NCBI GenBank assembly: GCA_964106915.2
Contig: OZ066915.1
Reading direction: 5' to 3' (one strand)
Origin: Podarcis gaigeae
Taxonomy: Eukaryota
DNA: 64,000 bases
Part shown: positions 1 through 13,909 of the stretch, piece after piece
Numbering within the stretch: position 1 is the stretch's first letter
Layout: each line of letters starts with the position of its first letter
Notes under the pieces: model-generated
Told to the model about the DNA's origin: nothing
The model's input: the letters and a program-made list of their open reading frames with translations, nothing else
Databases searched by the model: none
Made by a program: the position numbers and the translations under genes

Positions 1-617
1 TATTGAGGGGGGAGGAAAAGGGGGAAGTAATTGAAAAGGAAGACTCAGGCCACAGAAAAACAGCAATGAAGAAAATTAGCTGCTCCACCACATCATTGCC
101 ACTTCCCAGATTGTCTGCCAGCCCAAGCAGAAAGGATGCATGAGTTTAAGAACATTGGGAACACCACACGATCCTGTATAGTCCTGTTTTGCAATGTAAA
201 ATAAAGGAGATTTCCCGCCCCCATAAGCAAAAACATTATGTTCACAGCAAAAACTAAAGCTAATAACATTTTTAATACCATGTGGTATATGCTGACTGCC
301 ATTGTGCTCATTGCTGTTATTTAATGTGAAACACTGTAGACAATACAAAGAATTGCCTTCAACCATTCCATTTCTGGAATGCCATAAGAGTTCCAGGTTC
401 ATGGTATTTCTGACACACAGGAAATTATGCTTTTGAAGGGCAGGGCAGCTAGGTCAATGCACTGTATGTGTGTGATTAAACTGTGTTCTTTTAGTAAAAT
501 AGAGATTCCCTTTCATATAGTTCGACTCCCATTTCTTATTATTTAAGATCTTCAGCCTAAATGTTATTGCTGCCTATTGGGTGACAGAGAAAAAGCAGCC
601 CAAATTATGTAAAGAGG

Positions 618-760
618 CAGCTGCAGCCCAAGATAGGAAAAGAGGTGGCAACATCTAGCTACTTTAAATGAATTCAAATCACCAGGGCCTGATGAGATGC
701 ACCCAAGGGTAATAAAGACACTTGTAGATGTAATATCAAAGCCTTTGTCTATAATCTTTG
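618..760 (+). mobile_element. CR1 LINE ORF2 internal fragment
   Basis: 664-759 translates to [32 protein letters not shown], matching the CR1 pre-RT motif KSPGPDxxHPRVLKELxxxIxxPLxxIF. It is preceded, across a frameshift, by QPKIGKEV. Confidence 0.85.
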
Positions 761-2917
761 GTTAGAAGCAAAAAAAGAGAGCTACTTAAAAATATTTTAA
801 TTGCCAACACTGCTATTTTGTAGATCAAACTGAGCCAAGCTGAACAAAGTGGCTTCCATATTCAGGTGCCAACTGAAAGAATATGAAGTAGCATTCTGAG
901 TAATTGAGAGAGATTATCAAGGGAGAAATATGGTGTTTAGAGTCAAATGGGTCATATAGGCAGTAAGTACAGGCAGTGGAGCTGGGTGGATGCATGCAAC
1001 CCACAGCAAAGCTGTAAATCCTTCATGAATTGTACTTCTGCTTTGCCTGTGCTGTTGACAATGTCAGTGACACTTTCTAATTTTTTTTATCAGAGTTTGT
1101 AACTGTCCATATCTGCTCAGAAACCATGCAAAATCATTGGCTCAAGCTTTCAGCTGAGCTAGTCAGAAATCCCCTGTGCACTTCATACTTTGTCAAAATA
1201 TTGATATTTTCATTGCTGCATACCATAATATGCAAACTATCTCCATAGCCTGAATTTTTGTCCAGCCTCTATGAAAGCAGAAAATGTAGGGGTTTTTTTT
1301 ATTAACTCCTCTCCCTTCAAAAATTATAACCAAATTTTATTATGAAAATGGGGATGAACCTATAATATTTTGAAAATATTGGAATCTATCATGTTGGGGA
1401 GGGGAAATTTTCCAGTTAATTAAATTTATGTCCTATTTCTTTCCAAATAATTTTTAATGCGAAGCCAGTTCTATTCATCATTGTACGTTTGTGATGGCTA
1501 AAACAGAAATTCACTTTTCTAAACTCAACACAGTTTGAAAATATAGCAAGCCAAAGAGTAGGGTTTGAAAGCCCAATATTGCACCAGCTAGGGGAGAAGT
1601 TAAACATCTCAGTTTGTCTTGCCATTGCCAGAGCCCTGTGGGTATATATGTAATCCTACCTTTTACCTTAGAATTTAAGCTGGTTCCAGAGAAAAATACT
1701 AAACCTTATTTAAGTGATGTGCTCCCGAAGAGTATTTTACTGATGAAGAAAAATGCTGCAACCAAATCCATGTGAGACTTTTTCATGAAATTTCATGGCC
1801 AGGTCTTCTCTGCACATTGTATTTATTTATTTTTGTCCTACTGTCATCTCTGGTCAGAAAAGAAGACATTATACAGATTGTTAAAACATCACAAAATCTG
1901 ATCACCCAACACAGAAGGGTAAACATGCAACACAGACAACAAAACATTCTCGTCTTTTAAATAACTATTATCTGACTCAAACCTAAATTCATGCTCTCCT
2001 ACTTCACACAACACACATTCCTCTATGTAAACAAGTACCAGAGAAAAGTTAGGACTGCTCACACAGGGAGGGAAATCGAATTGCATTGAGACAGTTAGTA
2101 AAACCCCAACGGTGTATCTGTGCCGTTATCTTTCAATATATAAACACACAAACACATCTCTGTCTCTGTCTCTCTGTTAGCTCTATTACTCATTATGTGG
2201 AATCGGCTATGATGATGATCCAATGACCACTTTCTCAAAATGTAGTACAATTTGTATTTTAAAATGTTTCAAACATCTCTGCTGGTGCTTAATACAGCTC
2301 TAAATTTCTGGCAAAACTTCCTGTAGTACATTTTTCTGCAAGGTATCATTTTAAAACAAACAAACAATAAGAACAATAGGGGCTTGACTGTTTTTTTGTT
2401 TTTCTTTTGACCTTTATTGGCATAAGACTTGACTGTTAATACAAATATAGCAAAATTCCAAAGTTTTCCAGTGGAACATTGAGTTCCCAGCACCAAGTGA
2501 AACGAAGTGGACAGGAAAAAAATTGAGAGTCCAATACTCTGTAGATTGTGGGGAGAGAAAGATCTTCCTTGACCAGCATATTCTCCATGGAAAGCCATTC
2601 ATTCATATGTACATTTCCCTAGTTTGTTTGCCCACCACTGACAGCCCAAAGGATTTCAGGGCATAAACAGAGGAAGCCTCTAGCCCTTTAAAAGATGTTT
2701 AAGATCTGGCTGTGTGATATTGTTTCAAGAAACCAAGCACCCCCCCCCTCGATTATTATATGTTATGGTTGCTGCTTCCATTACACCACCCCTCCCCTAA
2801 ATGTTCAAATATTGGGTTAAAACAGAGCCCATCTCTGGGCTTGGCAATTATACTGAAAACTTGTCATCCAAGAAGTCAAATATAATACTAGTTAGCATTA
2901 AATAAATTACAGCTCAC

Positions 2918-3260
2918 CTTGTGTTCTGGCATAAAATAGGGACTGTACTATGCTTCCCAGCAAACAGCTCTGATTGCCTTGCAGAGCAGCCAAGGCAGTA
3001 AAATGGAACTGACATGCCAGAGAGTAGAAATGGCTGGCGCTGAGAAAGTCAAAGCACGATATCAATTAAGACCATGGCTCAGATTCTCTGGTGGTGCCAA
3101 TCAGTGTTACTCCCGTCGAACTGGCCGGGCAACACACATTAACACTAGCTGAGGACTTGGCAAGCTCATTCTGTCATTCTTTGGAGCAATACAGGCATGC
3201 TGCATAAAGCCTAATCACTTTCCTCCAGGTCATTTGCAGATCCTAAATGATGGGCACATC
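2918..3260 (-). other. Candidate exon of an unidentified minus-strand gene (mostly 5' UTR, possible start M-P-E-H-K)
   Basis: Minus strand has acceptor ctatttcacattgtttag|G at 3260 and donor AAG|gtgagc at 2918. The ATG at 2932-2930 gives five complete codons before the donor. No recognisable repeat, and several CpGs are retained. Confidence 0.35.
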
Positions 3261-4409
3261 CTAAACAATGTGAAATAGGTTGAGGGTAGAACTGCAAAAT
3301 TTCTCTTGAATTCTACATTTGAAAATACCAGTTCTCACCTCACTTTGATCATGAATTCTCACACTTTGGGAATGGAAGAAACTGCAGTGAAAGTAGGGCA
3401 GGTGAGGACAAACAATCTCTTCTTGGCTCAAAGGGCCTGATGCAACAAATCAGTGCCCCTTTTGCAGAGCTTTTCCCCAACACAAACAAGCCATGGCTGT
3501 CACACATGAGAACTAGTCTTTTTGTGCTCTGACAGCATAAACTTGTAAACAACTCATAAAGACCACCATGGTTATCCAGCAATTTTTCATCCCTGCTTCC
3601 CACAAAGATTCACCACTCTCTTTGGGTCTCCACAAAACACACCATTCTCTCTCCTCCTCCATAACTAATCTCACTTTACAAAGAATCATGGCAGAGGCAA
3701 GAGACTCAAGCAAGCAGCATTACAACAGACCACTAGTATGCTGGGTAGGGAGAGCAAAGGGACGTTTCCTACTATTTACCAGCACGTGTCCTTTAGATTT
3801 CATTCCTAGATATATGTGACTGTGCTTAAGCTGAGGCCATGGTATTGTGGTATGAAAGCAGGGCACTGACATGGTACTGGAAACAATGTAGGGTTATGGT
3901 ACGGAAGACCAGAACAGATCCAGGAATCGAGATCTTGTCAGCTCTTTCAGCCCCCTGAATGCTGTCTGCAGCACTGACGAATAAGAACGTTACATGGTTT
4001 TGGAAGGGCTCCCAACATCTCTGAGTGCTCTGTGTACTATTATGTTATCTTTGATCTAAACCCCTGTTAGGGATTTCATGCTCTCAGCCTTTGTTTTAGA
4101 TTCAGTACATTTATCGGAGCAATCTTTCTGAGATGTGTCAACAAATTCAACTGGCTGTTCTGAGTTAGTTAGTTAGCTAGTTAGCTATGCAGAAAGAGAA
4201 ATGGCACTGGGTGTTTAGAACTGAGGGCAGGGTTGCATGCACAACAGGCGTAAGTCCCCAAGTTCCTGTGATTTATTATTGAGTTGTATGGGGTGAAAAA
4301 CAACAGCCAGGCAGGGCAAGAACCCCCTCTGCCATACTCTGTTTGCTTTGTTATCCGCACCGGTTTTATTGTCCTGATGCCCACCTTCCTCCCAATGCCT
4401 GCAGTTGTT

Positions 4410-4590
4410 AAAGCAGTGGCCTAAGAGTGGAGAGCTCCAGGTTCGTATCCCCACTCAGCTATGAAGCCCACAGGGTGACCTTAGGCTAGTCTACCATACC
4501 TTATAGAATTGCAGTGGAGGATAAAAATGAGAAGGGATGTCCATGTGACCCACTTCAAGCTCCTTGGCTGAAAGATGGTTTGTAAATGAA
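4410..4590 (+). mobile_element. Old MIR/Squam3-like tRNA-derived SINE
   Basis: B-box-like ggttcgtatccc, core gggtgaccttaggctagtc, and degenerate similarity to the younger SINE copy at 39784. Confidence 0.6.
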
Positions 4591-4607
4591 ATATTTTCTT
4601 AAAAAGA

Positions 4608-4735
4608 CAGAGGTGGTCAACCTGTGGCCCTCCAGTTGTTGCTGGACTATAATTCCCATCATCCTTGACCATGGGCCATGCTGGCTGAGGCTTTGGGGAG
4701 TTGAAGTCTAGAGGGCCATAGCCTCCTCATCCCTG
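4608..4735. mobile_element. Palindromic ~130-bp hAT-type MITE
   Basis: CAG...CTG termini with internal inverted arms (ggccctccag...ggacta..attccca / ggggagttgaagtc..agagggcc). Multiple related copies in this window. Confidence 0.75.
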
Positions 4736-6013
4736 AAACAGGCAAGCAAGCAAGCAAATGCATCCCAGAGGAGAAAGAAAACTAAGTACAAAAGATATTT
4801 AAAAGGAATGGAAAGTATTGGAAGATAAGAGTCATGCAGGATCATACACAATGACTCTCTGGCACAGCAACTTGCTTCTTACCACCTTATAGTATTGGCC
4901 ATAGTCCAGCCTGTCTGTAGCTCCAATCCATCGTGGTGACCTTACTTAAAAGAGTTAGGAAGGTAGTTAGGTTATTGTTTGCTTTACTATTAGCTATAGG
5001 ATAGCATTTGATACCACTGCCATATCTTTGGGTCAGGCTGCAGTAAAGTATGTTAGCAAGCAAAGATATGTTATTTGTCCAATTTTAAGGATGCTGGGTT
5101 CATTGAGGATCACTAATGAATGCACAATACACAACAACAGGTCTTGCTGTTGGCAAAGTATAACCAATGTACAGAGAGATACTTTGAGAAAATTTATTGC
5201 CATAATGTGTGGGCGTATAAAGTGTGAGGCTGTTGGTTGAGATGCAATCTCCTTCTTTCCCCCCCACTGAAGCCCCCCCCCCACATAGCCCCAAAATCTG
5301 CTTCAGAGAGTTGGAAGACCTTTTGGAGTAGATTTGCGGGGGACATGCAGGGGGCTGGATGGGGAGAAGAGAAACTGGAGATCCCATTAAACAAGTGGAT
5401 TTCCATTATAAAAGCCAGTTGCCAACACTTGATGGGTATCAGTAGAAGCTGGTCCATTAGTGCAAATGAAGCACTGCCCCACCAACCCCAGTCTATCTTC
5501 AGCCAGCCCCTACCTGCTTGCCTGCCTTCTTGCTTACTTTCCTCCTCCTCCTCCTCCTCTGTGTTGGCTTTGTAAAACTCAACAGGAAAGAGGATGGAGA
5601 CAAAACTAGAATTATTTGGTTCTGCCAGTGATTTGGCTCTGGCTCCAACTACTGTTAGCCTCACTGCTTTCTGCCCCAGCAGCCCCGGTGGGCATCAGCC
5701 ACCACTGGTGGGCATATTTGTGTGTGAACATCACAAACCTACAGTCACTTAGTATGTGTGCTCACAATAGGGGCTTTTCTTAATGCCAATGTGAGAAAGA
5801 CTTGAAATGATGTGTGTATGGGAAATTGGTAGCGTCAGCATAGTAGTGAGTTAATGTACATTGATAAGAACAATGTGGGAGTTTTTTAAAAAATAAGTTG
5901 TGCGTAAGTAAATGGATAAATGTATACTTGCAAGCCGAAGAAAGTGAATGAATGGATTTACAAAAGTTAATGTACTTTGGGGTCATTAAAGTACCTTTAA
6001 TGTACTTTGGAGC

Positions 6014-6015
<2 letters not shown>

Positions 6016-6047
<32 letters not shown>
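6016..6047. repeat. (TG)n microsatellite
   Basis: Directly visible. Confidence 0.95.
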
Positions 6048-6049
<2 letters not shown>

Positions 6050-6875
6050 CACGCATACACGAACACACGCATGACAAAGTTGGTTGCAAGATTCTATTCA
6101 TGTGCAAGAATGTGGTCAGAAAGGGGGGTGTGCGCGCGCGCACGTGCATGCATTTGCCCAGGAGAAGGTTCCAACTGACATGCCATTAACTCCCACTTCC
6201 TTCATAATGAAAGCCAGGCCTAGAGTCCGCCTGCCTCAGTCCGGCGTGCCGCTCAGCCCTGCAGCGTGTGCTGGAAATCGAGTCCAGAAGGTTAATTATT
6301 CTCTCAGTTGACCAACATTTTTGAGACAATAGAATGAGGGAAATTAATTGCAGAGCTCAGTCTTTTAAACGCTAATGGAAAGGATATCCCTGCCAAAGCT
6401 TGGCTTCAGTCTGAGCAAGAGGAAAACGTGGAGAAAACAGAGGCAGGGTCACTGAAAAGGTTACTATTTAACCCTCTGCTTCCCAGGGCAAAAGATGTTT
6501 CTTTGAAATGTTTTAAACTTTAATGCTTTCATCGAACTTGTCCTATTCCATTTTGCAGAACTGCCCAAGTATACTAAGGGCAGTGATGGAAGAATGGGCA
6601 CAATCAGTTATTTGCGAGGGAGGAGAATGAAAACCTCTAATGCTGACATCCTTTTGCAAAAGCCATTTCCCCTCCAAGCTTCACTCCACATCACCAATTT
6701 TATTTGCTTTTCCATTTCTCAAAAACAAGCATTTATTTATGACACTGATTGACTATTATTAATTTTGCTACCATATGTTTTTGCCATATTAGGTGCTCCA
6801 TGAACTAAAAATGAGGATTATCATGAATACACAGGTTGGCAAGCTAGCTGGGCAAATAGGACACATGCTCTAGAT

Positions 6876-7008
6876 CAGGGATGGAGAGCCTGTGGTCCCC
6901 CAGCTGCTACTGGACTACAACACCTATCATCCCTGACCATTGGTTATGCTGGCTGGGGCTGATGGCAGCTGCAGTCCTATCTGGAAGACCAGAGATTCCC
7001 CCTCCCTG
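6876..7008. mobile_element. Palindromic hAT-type MITE (same family as 4608)
   Basis: cagggatggagagcctgtgg ... gattccccctccctg. Left flank ctctagat resembles the hAT-Charlie NTCTAGAN target. Confidence 0.75.
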
Positions 7009-7047
7009 AAGGGATAACTGAGGATGGCATTAAATATTACAGTAGGT

Positions 7048-7185
7048 TAGGTATGGGGAACCTTTGGCCCTCCAAATGTTGATCAACTACATCTCCCATC
7101 ATCCTTGACCACTGGCCATGCTTGCTGGGGCTTATTGGATTTGTAGTTCAGCAACATCTGGAGGGCCAAAGATTTCCCACACCTT
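7048..7185. mobile_element. Palindromic hAT-type MITE (same family)
   Basis: Inverted arms ggggaacctttggccctcca ... tggagggccaaagatttccc. Confidence 0.75.
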
Positions 7186-7734
7186 TAGTAAAAGATAGTT
7201 TTGTTGGACTCAAAGGAAAATATAATTATCTCAAGTCCTTGGGATAAGATGGGAATGAATTCCCAAATGAATAAATTAAAAACTCTTTAAAAATTCCCAC
7301 TTTAATAAAAAATATTTATTTAATCAAAAATATGAGAGTATAGATTTTGCATTGCTTGCTGCAGAATCACAACCCGGTCAGAACTCTTGACAGGCAATTT
7401 CATGTACAAGGATGCCCTAAGGATGTAGACTATCCCATACATAAATGCTCTGATACTGGATGTAGAAATCTGAGAGCCATATAGAGCAGTCTGGTTAAGA
7501 GGAAAGGAAGAAGAATCAGCTGCCAAAGGAGTGAAAGGTGAGATGAGATGGGTTGAGAAGGGCTCAGGGTTGTCAGTCTTCCATCTACAGAGCTATAAAG
7601 GTGTTGATGTTTGAATTATAAAAATGCCCAGAAAGCTATTGGTATGTGTCTAGAAACTCAGTAGTTTCAGATTTGCATTAATGCACAAATTTCAGGTGTA
7701 CTGGGACCCACGACCCTGAGATTAAGAGTCTCAT

Positions 7735-7938
7735 GGAGTATATGCTATCAATGACTACTAGCCAATGGTCGGAGAAAGTAGTGCTTCTGTATACCAGTTG
7801 CTGGAAGCCACAGGAGAGGACAGTGCTCTTGTGCTCAGGTCCTGCTTGTTGGTTTCCCACAGACATTGGTTGGCCACTGTGAGAACATGATGCTGGACTA
7901 GATGGGCCATTGGCGTGATCCAGAAGGCTCTTCTTAAT
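7735..7938 (+). mobile_element. CR1 LINE 3' end
   Basis: ORF2-terminal-like ctatcaatgactactag, then a 3' UTR ending atgctggactagatgggccattggcgtgatccagaaggctcttctta, typical of squamate CR1 tails. Confidence 0.75.
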
Positions 7939-9459
7939 GGTAAATATCACCATTGTGCACTGGATATTTGCACTTCTTTTGAACGTTCTTCCCATTCTTT
8001 GGAATTCTAACTTCTTGGAAAAGAATAAGCAACAGTTCACTTTCTGTTTGACTGTTCATGGTGCTTCTTCAAAGGGAGTGACAACTGTTCCAAAAATTTC
8101 CAGCTCTTCTCTCCTTGGACAAAGATGTGTTTCTGTTTTTCAGAATGTGAATGGAAATAGCAAAGTAGGGACTTGCTTAAGCTCAGTGAGGGTGCTCTGT
8201 CGAAAACAATATTTAAACTTAATATTCACAGCTCCTGTGTTCCAACCACAAGACCATATTGTCTCCTAAGGTTATGGATTGGTGTCACTGGTGAATATGG
8301 AAGAAATAACGGCCATGTGAAACGTTCAATTTCCACAATAATTTATTCAAAACATAATAGCTAAACTCCAATCATCTTGCATTCAAATATTAGAACAGTT
8401 ATTCCAAATATGGTTGTGTTGCAATTGTACAATAAACATGAAAGCAGGAATGTAGTTATTTATGTCCTCAATCGCATGTTTAAGTTTGGCGTATTTAAGC
8501 TCTTCCATCCAGCTGTCTGACTTTATCAATTCCCGTAAAACTTGTTACAAGTGGCTGTGCCAGGGGAGGAGAACATCACAGCAGAGACTTCACATGTCCC
8601 CTCTCATTACAGCTCAGGTCTTTGCGGCTTAAACCAAACTCTCCATCTTGCCCATTGTACTGCTCCTTGTTCACACACAAAATGCACTTTGCAGTGGAGA
8701 AAGAAAAATGCATTCAAGGGAATCCCATCCTGAAACAGCAGCTGAGCAATCACAATCTTACCGAACGCGTCTTAGTATGGTACAAGAAAGTGTGCATTAT
8801 AGGAAACTGGGGGGAGGGGGGAATCAAAACTCTTACCAAACCTCATGCCAAAAATAAAAATGTGGCAATTTCTGCTACAGAATCATATAGCATACAGTTT
8901 GAAAGACAGCTCAAAAACTACCAGAATCAAATGTTTAGCATCATGCTGACCGATTTAAGGGTTCCTAGGAATATGCAATATGCAAATATATGTATTTCCC
9001 AGATAGAGACAGGTTCCTGTTGTGTCCCCTCCCTGCATTAATAGGGGCTAAGTCTGGAAAAACTGTGTGAATGATCACTTTCTACACACTGGTTCAACAA
9101 ACGTGTTCACACCATTCAATTTTTTTAAAAGCGTAACATAAAATGTTATGTTGAAAGCAGTCCATACAGGCACAGGCATGCACATAATAAACAAACGTGT
9201 TTATTACGTTTATATGTAATAAGCACAAATCACCAGTCATCTGAACATTCTCTATCAGAACCTTACCCAATCTTTAGCTTATTCTAAGGCTACTTACATA
9301 CTGTACATTTAAAGCACATTACTCCACCCACCCAACAATCCTTGGAACTGAATTCTTTTAAAGGTACTGGATACTGTAACTCTGTAACGCTTTCTAGTCA
9401 CAAAACAAGCGAAAGTGTGGAAAAGCCCTGAGTGGTGTTCAACTAAGTTTTACTTAGTC

Positions 9460-9649
9460 TATACCCATAAAAGGCCTCTCCCCAGCGGCGGAGGCCCCAG
9501 CGCTGCCCCGCAGGCAGCCGGGCAAGCTCTGGGCTGCTGGCAAGGCCTCTGTTCATATGTAGAGAAAAGTTCATAAGTTGAAGCACCTACTGAAGGTCGT
9601 AACTGGAATCGTATGTAAGTAGAGCCGTATGTAAGTCGAGGTTCCATTG
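9460..9649. mobile_element. Tc1/mariner (Tigger-like) non-autonomous element, one end
   Basis: Terminal gtaagtcgaggttccattg followed by TA (9650-9651), repeated gtatgtaagt subterminal motif and GC-rich interior. The other TIR was not found. Confidence 0.7.
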
Positions 9650-11257
9650 TACATCTTCCCCGCCAACCCTCTAATAAATAAAGTGTAGTGACTCTTTGGA
9701 TACATGTGTATGTGTGAAGGTGATTTTATCAGTTAACCTCTTCATTCAACATAAACAGTTACAATACCGATAACCAACTGTTTTAGTATTCATTGAACGG
9801 AACTTCTGTCCATACACACTTTTTTGTATCCAAAGACAGCAAAGTCTAACCTGCAATACCTTGGAAATGCAAAACCACCATGTCATTCAGTACTTTGATA
9901 TTTCAGTATATGCAAGTTTAGATGCAAAGAGTGATTAATTGACACTGACAAGTTAGTAAACAAGCCAGTGTTGACATGACCTGGTTAATTTTATTTTTTT
10001 AAAGGCATAGCATTACACAAGGTTGCTGGCAAAGCACATGGCTCTTGACTTTCATTAGAGAGTCAGATGTGCAACTAATTTGCTACAGTATCTGAAGTAT
10101 TCAGACCCTTTCTAGTGTTCTGTAGGAAGGGAATGCTGCAAATAATTGTGCTAGATTAATTGCTCAGCTCAGGTTGCATTACCACTGCCAGGCCCTGCAG
10201 CTAAAAGGTATCGTTCAGCCCGTTTCTCATTACCCAGATCTTTTAGTGAGCCTCCAGATTCTTTGAACAATAGTTTGTCAACAGTAGCAGTAGAATCCTT
10301 AGCTTCCTAAAGAACCCGGAGGCTATTAAGATCAACACAACAGCTGAGTTGGAGCCAGTACACCTTGGAAAGAATGCTTGGTGCCGTCTTGATTCAAAAC
10401 ACAGGAAAAGGCTACATGCATATTAAGAACAGTCTAATGACTCGGAGAGCCAAGAAGAAGTGTAAATCCAAGTGTGATATTATTATGCAGTCTTGGATCC
10501 TGACCAGAGTGGAGATGGAAAGCTAAAGAATGGGAGACTCCAGGGAGCCCTCATGGTCCAGTGTTAAAAATCTTCAGGATTACTTCTTGCTGAGAGGGGG
10601 TTGTTCTGCCTGACACATTCAAGAGTAAAAATTTGAGACCATCACTCAAAATTTTCTATGGATAAAGTAAGCCCCTCCAATTTCAATGGATGCAAATAAG
10701 TATATAATGTGAGGATCAGAGTCCCTGTCTGAAGAAAAATAAAGGACTGATCCCATGAAGTTCATGTTCTTCTCATGCAAAGATTCCCATCTTGATGTCA
10801 AATGGTAGGATAAGCTATAGTAGGTAGGATATCTAGAAACACCAAATCTTCAGGAACTGAAATGGCAATTTCATTCTCTCTCTCACACACAAACACCTAC
10901 CTTTCCTACTTAAATAATAGACCTTTCAAACCCTGATAACCACTTCTACTGAAGACTAAAGTCAAGATAGCATAGAGCTAAGCGGTAGGTCTTATGCAGG
11001 CTTAAGTTCAAAATACTGAATTCCAGAGGCAAAACCCAATATTCTTCAACAAATCGAAAAGGTTTACTTTAGGGGAAACTGGGAAAGAACATAAAATCAG
11101 TCATATACGAAAATAAACATACAGTGCATATTGGCTAGCTGAACTCTGTCCTAGCTCTGAAGGAATATGCTGAGAAATTGAGTAAAACACTTTTTATTAT
11201 TAGCCTATGTATAGTTAGTTTATTCAGTTCTCAGAACAGATGGGTCATGGTTTGGAG

Positions 11258-11364
11258 CAGCAATGGGGAGCTTGTGGCCTTCCAGATGTTGCTGGACTAT
11301 AACTCCCATCATCCCTGGCTTTGCTGGTTGGGTGACATCTGGAAGGTGACAGGTCCCCTCCTTG
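11258..11364. mobile_element. Palindromic hAT-type MITE, internally deleted
   Basis: gtggccttccagatgttgctggactataactcccatcatccctg ... catctggaaggtgacagg. Confidence 0.7.
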
Positions 11365-11569
11365 GTTTGGATGATTGTGAACAAACCATATGTTCCTTTC
11401 TTCCCTCAAGTGATGGTTGGCAAACCATGGTTAGCACTCTTCCTCCAGAACCCCAATTTGAAAAACGAATTCTGAGATTTAGAGAGCAAAAGCTAACCAT
11501 AGTCCACCACAGATAGGACAACCAATTATGAATAGCTGGCACTAAACAGAAATAGATAGAGATGATAGA

Positions 11570-11570
<1 letters not shown>

Positions 11571-11615
<45 letters not shown>
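11571..11615. repeat. (GA)n microsatellite
   Basis: Directly visible. Confidence 0.95.
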
Positions 11616-11618
<3 letters not shown>

Positions 11619-13804
11619 TCTCATACATAACAGGTAATAATTGAAGAAGGAAGCACAGAAGCCCATGACTCATTTTGGAATCCTTCCAAACCATGATTTG
11701 AGGGATCATCTCTATGAATTGTGCCACTGAACCACAGTAAAGATTCCAGCTATCAAAATGAGTATACAGGACCCAACAGTCACTGCTGCCCTAAGGAACA
11801 AGGGCCACTATGAGGAAACTGTATTGGGAAGTCTGGAAAGGGAGACAGGAAATACAGGTGGCAAATTACCTCAGGAAATTTCACAGAAAGAAAGTTTCCT
11901 TTCCCTGTTGCAACATGCAGCTCCTTGCGCTCTCCCCCAAAAGCATATCTGGAGATTCAGGGTTCCCTCCTGAACAATGTGGGAATGACTACAGGGTGCT
12001 GAGGGTGGGGGCTTGGATCTTAACATAAGGAAGTGTCCTGCCCCCCCCCCTTCAGCAAACCTCCATGCCCCATTCTTCAGGAAGGTCTCCTAAAGGCTTT
12101 TCAGAAGTCACAGGTGGCTGCTGTTGGGAGGAGGCGAAGGGAAACGTTTCTTACATGAGATATCTTAAGTTACCTTAGGATCCAAGCCTTGATATTTTGA
12201 TGCCGGTAATTTTTACAACCAGCGGGGCTCAGAGACAAGAAATGAGAATGACACCATTGCCAGCGGAAGAAATATAATTATGTCTAACAAGCTGTAGGAG
12301 TAGAGTCTTCCGCAAAAGTACTTTCATACTTCTGCATACCTAGTACTTTGCTGCTTTTCTTCATTTGTTTAAACTAATTAGCTGAAGTTCATCTAGTTCA
12401 TGACACGCCTCAAATGAACCACTATTTATCTCTACCCCTTCTGCAGAACATTAGCCTGCAGAGAAATAAACCCGATTATCTCCTACGTTTGTTCATGTTT
12501 CCCTCAGCAGTGCATCCTCAAAGATCCACTGTTTTCTTGCAGCTGGCCACTCTGAAGGTTTTATTTTCCTTTGGGAGGTCCCAGTCGTTCAAAGTCTGAG
12601 CAGTTGACAGCTGCTTGGAACACACTACAAAAGGACTCATAGCCAGCAGCATTTCTATCTCTTCATCGCTCTAGTCCTAGACTGGATCAAGTCTCTGGCC
12701 GCTACTTGTGGCTGCTATTCATGACATAGCTGGTGTTGTTATGACCTTTTTCTGTGTTATTGCTTTATCTGATGCTTGCAGGACATTGTATAATTGAAGA
12801 CTTGTGTGCAACAATGCATCTGGGTCACTTTCCCTTTTAAGTTGGAATGAGTTTATGGCTGAGGCAAGGTGCTAGAATGGCAGCTCTGCAAGGCCACAGC
12901 CCTTCCAAATTAGCCTGAAGTTGGTACACTGACCACATGCCGCTCCCTCAGCGAATCTGTGCTCAGAGGAAGGGGTGATAAATTGTAAGAGTAGGAAAAT
13001 CTGGACAAAATAGAGGAGGTCTCCATTCTTCAGGCAGTTTCTTTTTTATTGGGTCTAACATGAATGAGCTCCTGGCTAAAGTTGGCCATGAGAATTCAAA
13101 ACTGTTGAACTGATGGGCATCCCCTAGAATTGCTTGGAAATGAAGGGCAGAATATAAAGTTTACAAGCAAATAAATAAAACGAGCTGCCGTGTCTCTCAT
13201 TTTTCCAAAACCTGATCTTTGCGCAGGATTTTTTTTTCCCCAGTCAAGAATATCTATGCAAAACAAACAAAAGTACATTTCAACACATTTTGATAAGTTC
13301 TGCATTTTCTCCAGCCCATGTGGGCAAAGTATAACCAAAATAGGTCTTGTCTGTTCAGGGTTCATGGCACCTCTAACTTAACGGGCATTTGAACTTGACA
13401 GTTTCACTAGTGATGTGGGGTGGAAAATTTTCTACTTCTTAAGTTAATTAGTAGCAATGAATGAATGCCAGTTGCAAATACAACATTAAGAAAGTTTGCC
13501 GGTTTTGAATTTTTTTGCTTCACATACTAAATACAAATAAAATGAGCAATTAAAATTAAACCACTCTCCATGACACCAGAAAAGTTTCTGATGTAAACTG
13601 AAAAAAAATTATGATGCAAATCCCCCTATGCGAATTCACCTAATTTGAATTGGCATTTTTTCCATTTCAAAATTTCCCAGGAAACTCACTGAGAGCTGAC
13701 AGCTATTCAGCCGTCTTCAACCAACGTTAAGAGCTGATGTCTCTATAGATGCATGCATTGTGAGCACAAGACAAACAAAAATACGGGGGGTGGGGGTGGA
13801 GGAA

Positions 13805-13909
13805 CAACAGCGCAGTGGTACAGAACATGTTTTGCATGCAGAAAGTCCTGTGCTCAGATGCCCAAGTGGGCCAACACTGACCAGCCTTTGGACCTGAGGC
13901 AGCTTCCTA
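13805..13909 (+). mobile_element. Degenerate tRNA-derived SINE with CR1-like tail
   Basis: Head cagtggtacagaacatgttttgcatgcagaaagtcc and tail aggcagcttcctat. It matches the reverse complement of the copies at 26581 and 28438. Confidence 0.55.

Noticed and set aside
7320-7490. Possible old LINE fragment (QTALYGSQI resembling LLYGxEIW)
   Set aside because: Only a short motif and too degenerate to support a call.
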